This document shows positions 62,875 through 64,000 of a stretch of 64,000 nt of DNA, piece after piece. The stretch comes from Harriotta raleighana (lineage: Eukaryota). Position 1 is the first letter of the stretch; the number at the start of each line of letters is the position of its first letter. The notes beneath the pieces were generated by a model. The model did no database searches and had not been told where the DNA came from. It saw nothing but the letters and a program-made list of their open reading frames with translations. The stretch spans positions 9,703,357 through 9,767,356 of the forward strand of contig JBNZDD010013724.1 of assembly GCA_050575255.1 (NCBI GenBank). The letters are read 5' to 3'. The position numbers and the translations under genes were made by a program.

Positions 62875-64000
62875 TACTAGGGAAGTGATTTCTTTACTCT
62901 ATACAAAGTGTGTGATATCCAATTATCTGCTTGCTTATTTATAATTGGGTTTTCCAATACTGCAGATAATCAGCTCTTTACTCAACAAAATATTCAGGGA
63001 TGTTAAAAGTTGGAACCATCACGCAACCAACTCAATGAAATTACATTCCTTTATATCAAAGATCATTTGACTTGCCACAAGACTTGAATCTCTATATGAA
63101 TTTCAAAAACTAAAGCAATTAATTTAAAATTCAAATCTTCATTATATAGCAAAATAGTTTATACAAAATTCTCACACAAGGTAAACAAAGCCGCAATACC
63201 AAATCGCTGCATGAATCACAGAACAAGCTATATTACAGTAGCAGTAGGTACCAAACCTGAATATTTACTACATAATCACAAAATATAATAAGTTTGTATA
63301 CAAGTCATTCACAATTTGTGCACAGTGCTTTGGGTATTATTGTAGATGCTAGAAAGAATGATACTACAAATTAACATCTCTGGTAGCTAAGGTAGGTTCA
63401 AAAGCCACCCTGAATTAAAATATTTTTTGTTGGGGTAAGGGATGTTTTGGAAATGAACAGATGGGGTTAATGTTTCATTTGCAGTGCACTAGTGGAAGGG
63501 AGAGCAAGTAAAAGACTTAGTACATTTCAAAAATGATAATCATGGGTGATGACTTGTTACCTACTCAACTTTGGTAGATTGCCAAATCTTCAAAAGCTGA
63601 CTCATTTGATTATAAACAAGCTTATTCAGTAATTTTCCTTGCTGTACTTTTTTTAGGAAATGCTGATCTCCACCTCATGTTTTGCAGAAAGTCAAAGAAC
63701 ACTTTTATAATTTATATAAAAACACAGATGTTCACAAGGAGTACCTCAAAACAAGTTTCAAATTTGATACAGTATATGTCAGCTTGTCTTAACTGGTAGG
63801 ACTCTTGCCTAACTGAAATAATCCTTGTATTTAATATAGCGTCTTTCACATCAGGAGGATGTATCAAAGTTCTTTATCTCTAAAATGCAGCACATTCCAG
63901 CACCGCAGTGAACTGTGAGTTCAAAGTCCCAATGTGGGGATTCAAACCATAGTCTCATGAATCAGAGGTGAGAATCCTACCAACTGAGCCAGGCAAAGAC

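Noticed and set aside
38508-64000. HDV-like CPEB3 ribozyme
   Set aside because: The gene is CPEB2, not CPEB3. The known ribozyme is in mammalian CPEB3, and I could not identify a nested double pseudoknot by eye. An Infernal search would be needed to exclude it formally.
1-64000. CRISPR arrays, operons or other prokaryotic systems
   Set aside because: The sequence is intron-containing vertebrate DNA, and no regularly spaced repeat-spacer array is present.

Overview
Vertebrate nuclear DNA. The repeat content (tRNA/Deu-domain SINEs, L2 and CR1 LINE ends, a Penelope-type SINE-like element) suggests a cartilaginous fish, probably a holocephalan; that assignment is inference. The right half (about 34.6-64 kb, minus strand) holds the 3' part of CPEB2: a 24-nt ARSYGRRR microexon, six further coding exons encoding RRM1, RRM2 and the ZZ zinc-binding domain (all with GT-AG boundaries and consistent phases), and a ~3.7 kb repeat-free 3' UTR with miRNA seed matches, CPE-like motifs and poly(A) signals. 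The 5' exons lie beyond position 64000. The left ~34 kb has no convincing coding exon and is mostly L2 fragments and SINEs. Notable signals are the microexon with its UGC/UGCAUG acceptor, a minimal hammerhead-ribozyme-like motif at 14850-14885 (-), seven co-oriented TA-flanked MITEs confined to the CPEB2 region, and several near-perfect hairpins. I found no evidence of a wholly new multi-gene system. Most entries in the ORF track are repeat-derived or spurious. Repeat boundaries are approximate (read by eye); exon boundaries were counted base by base.
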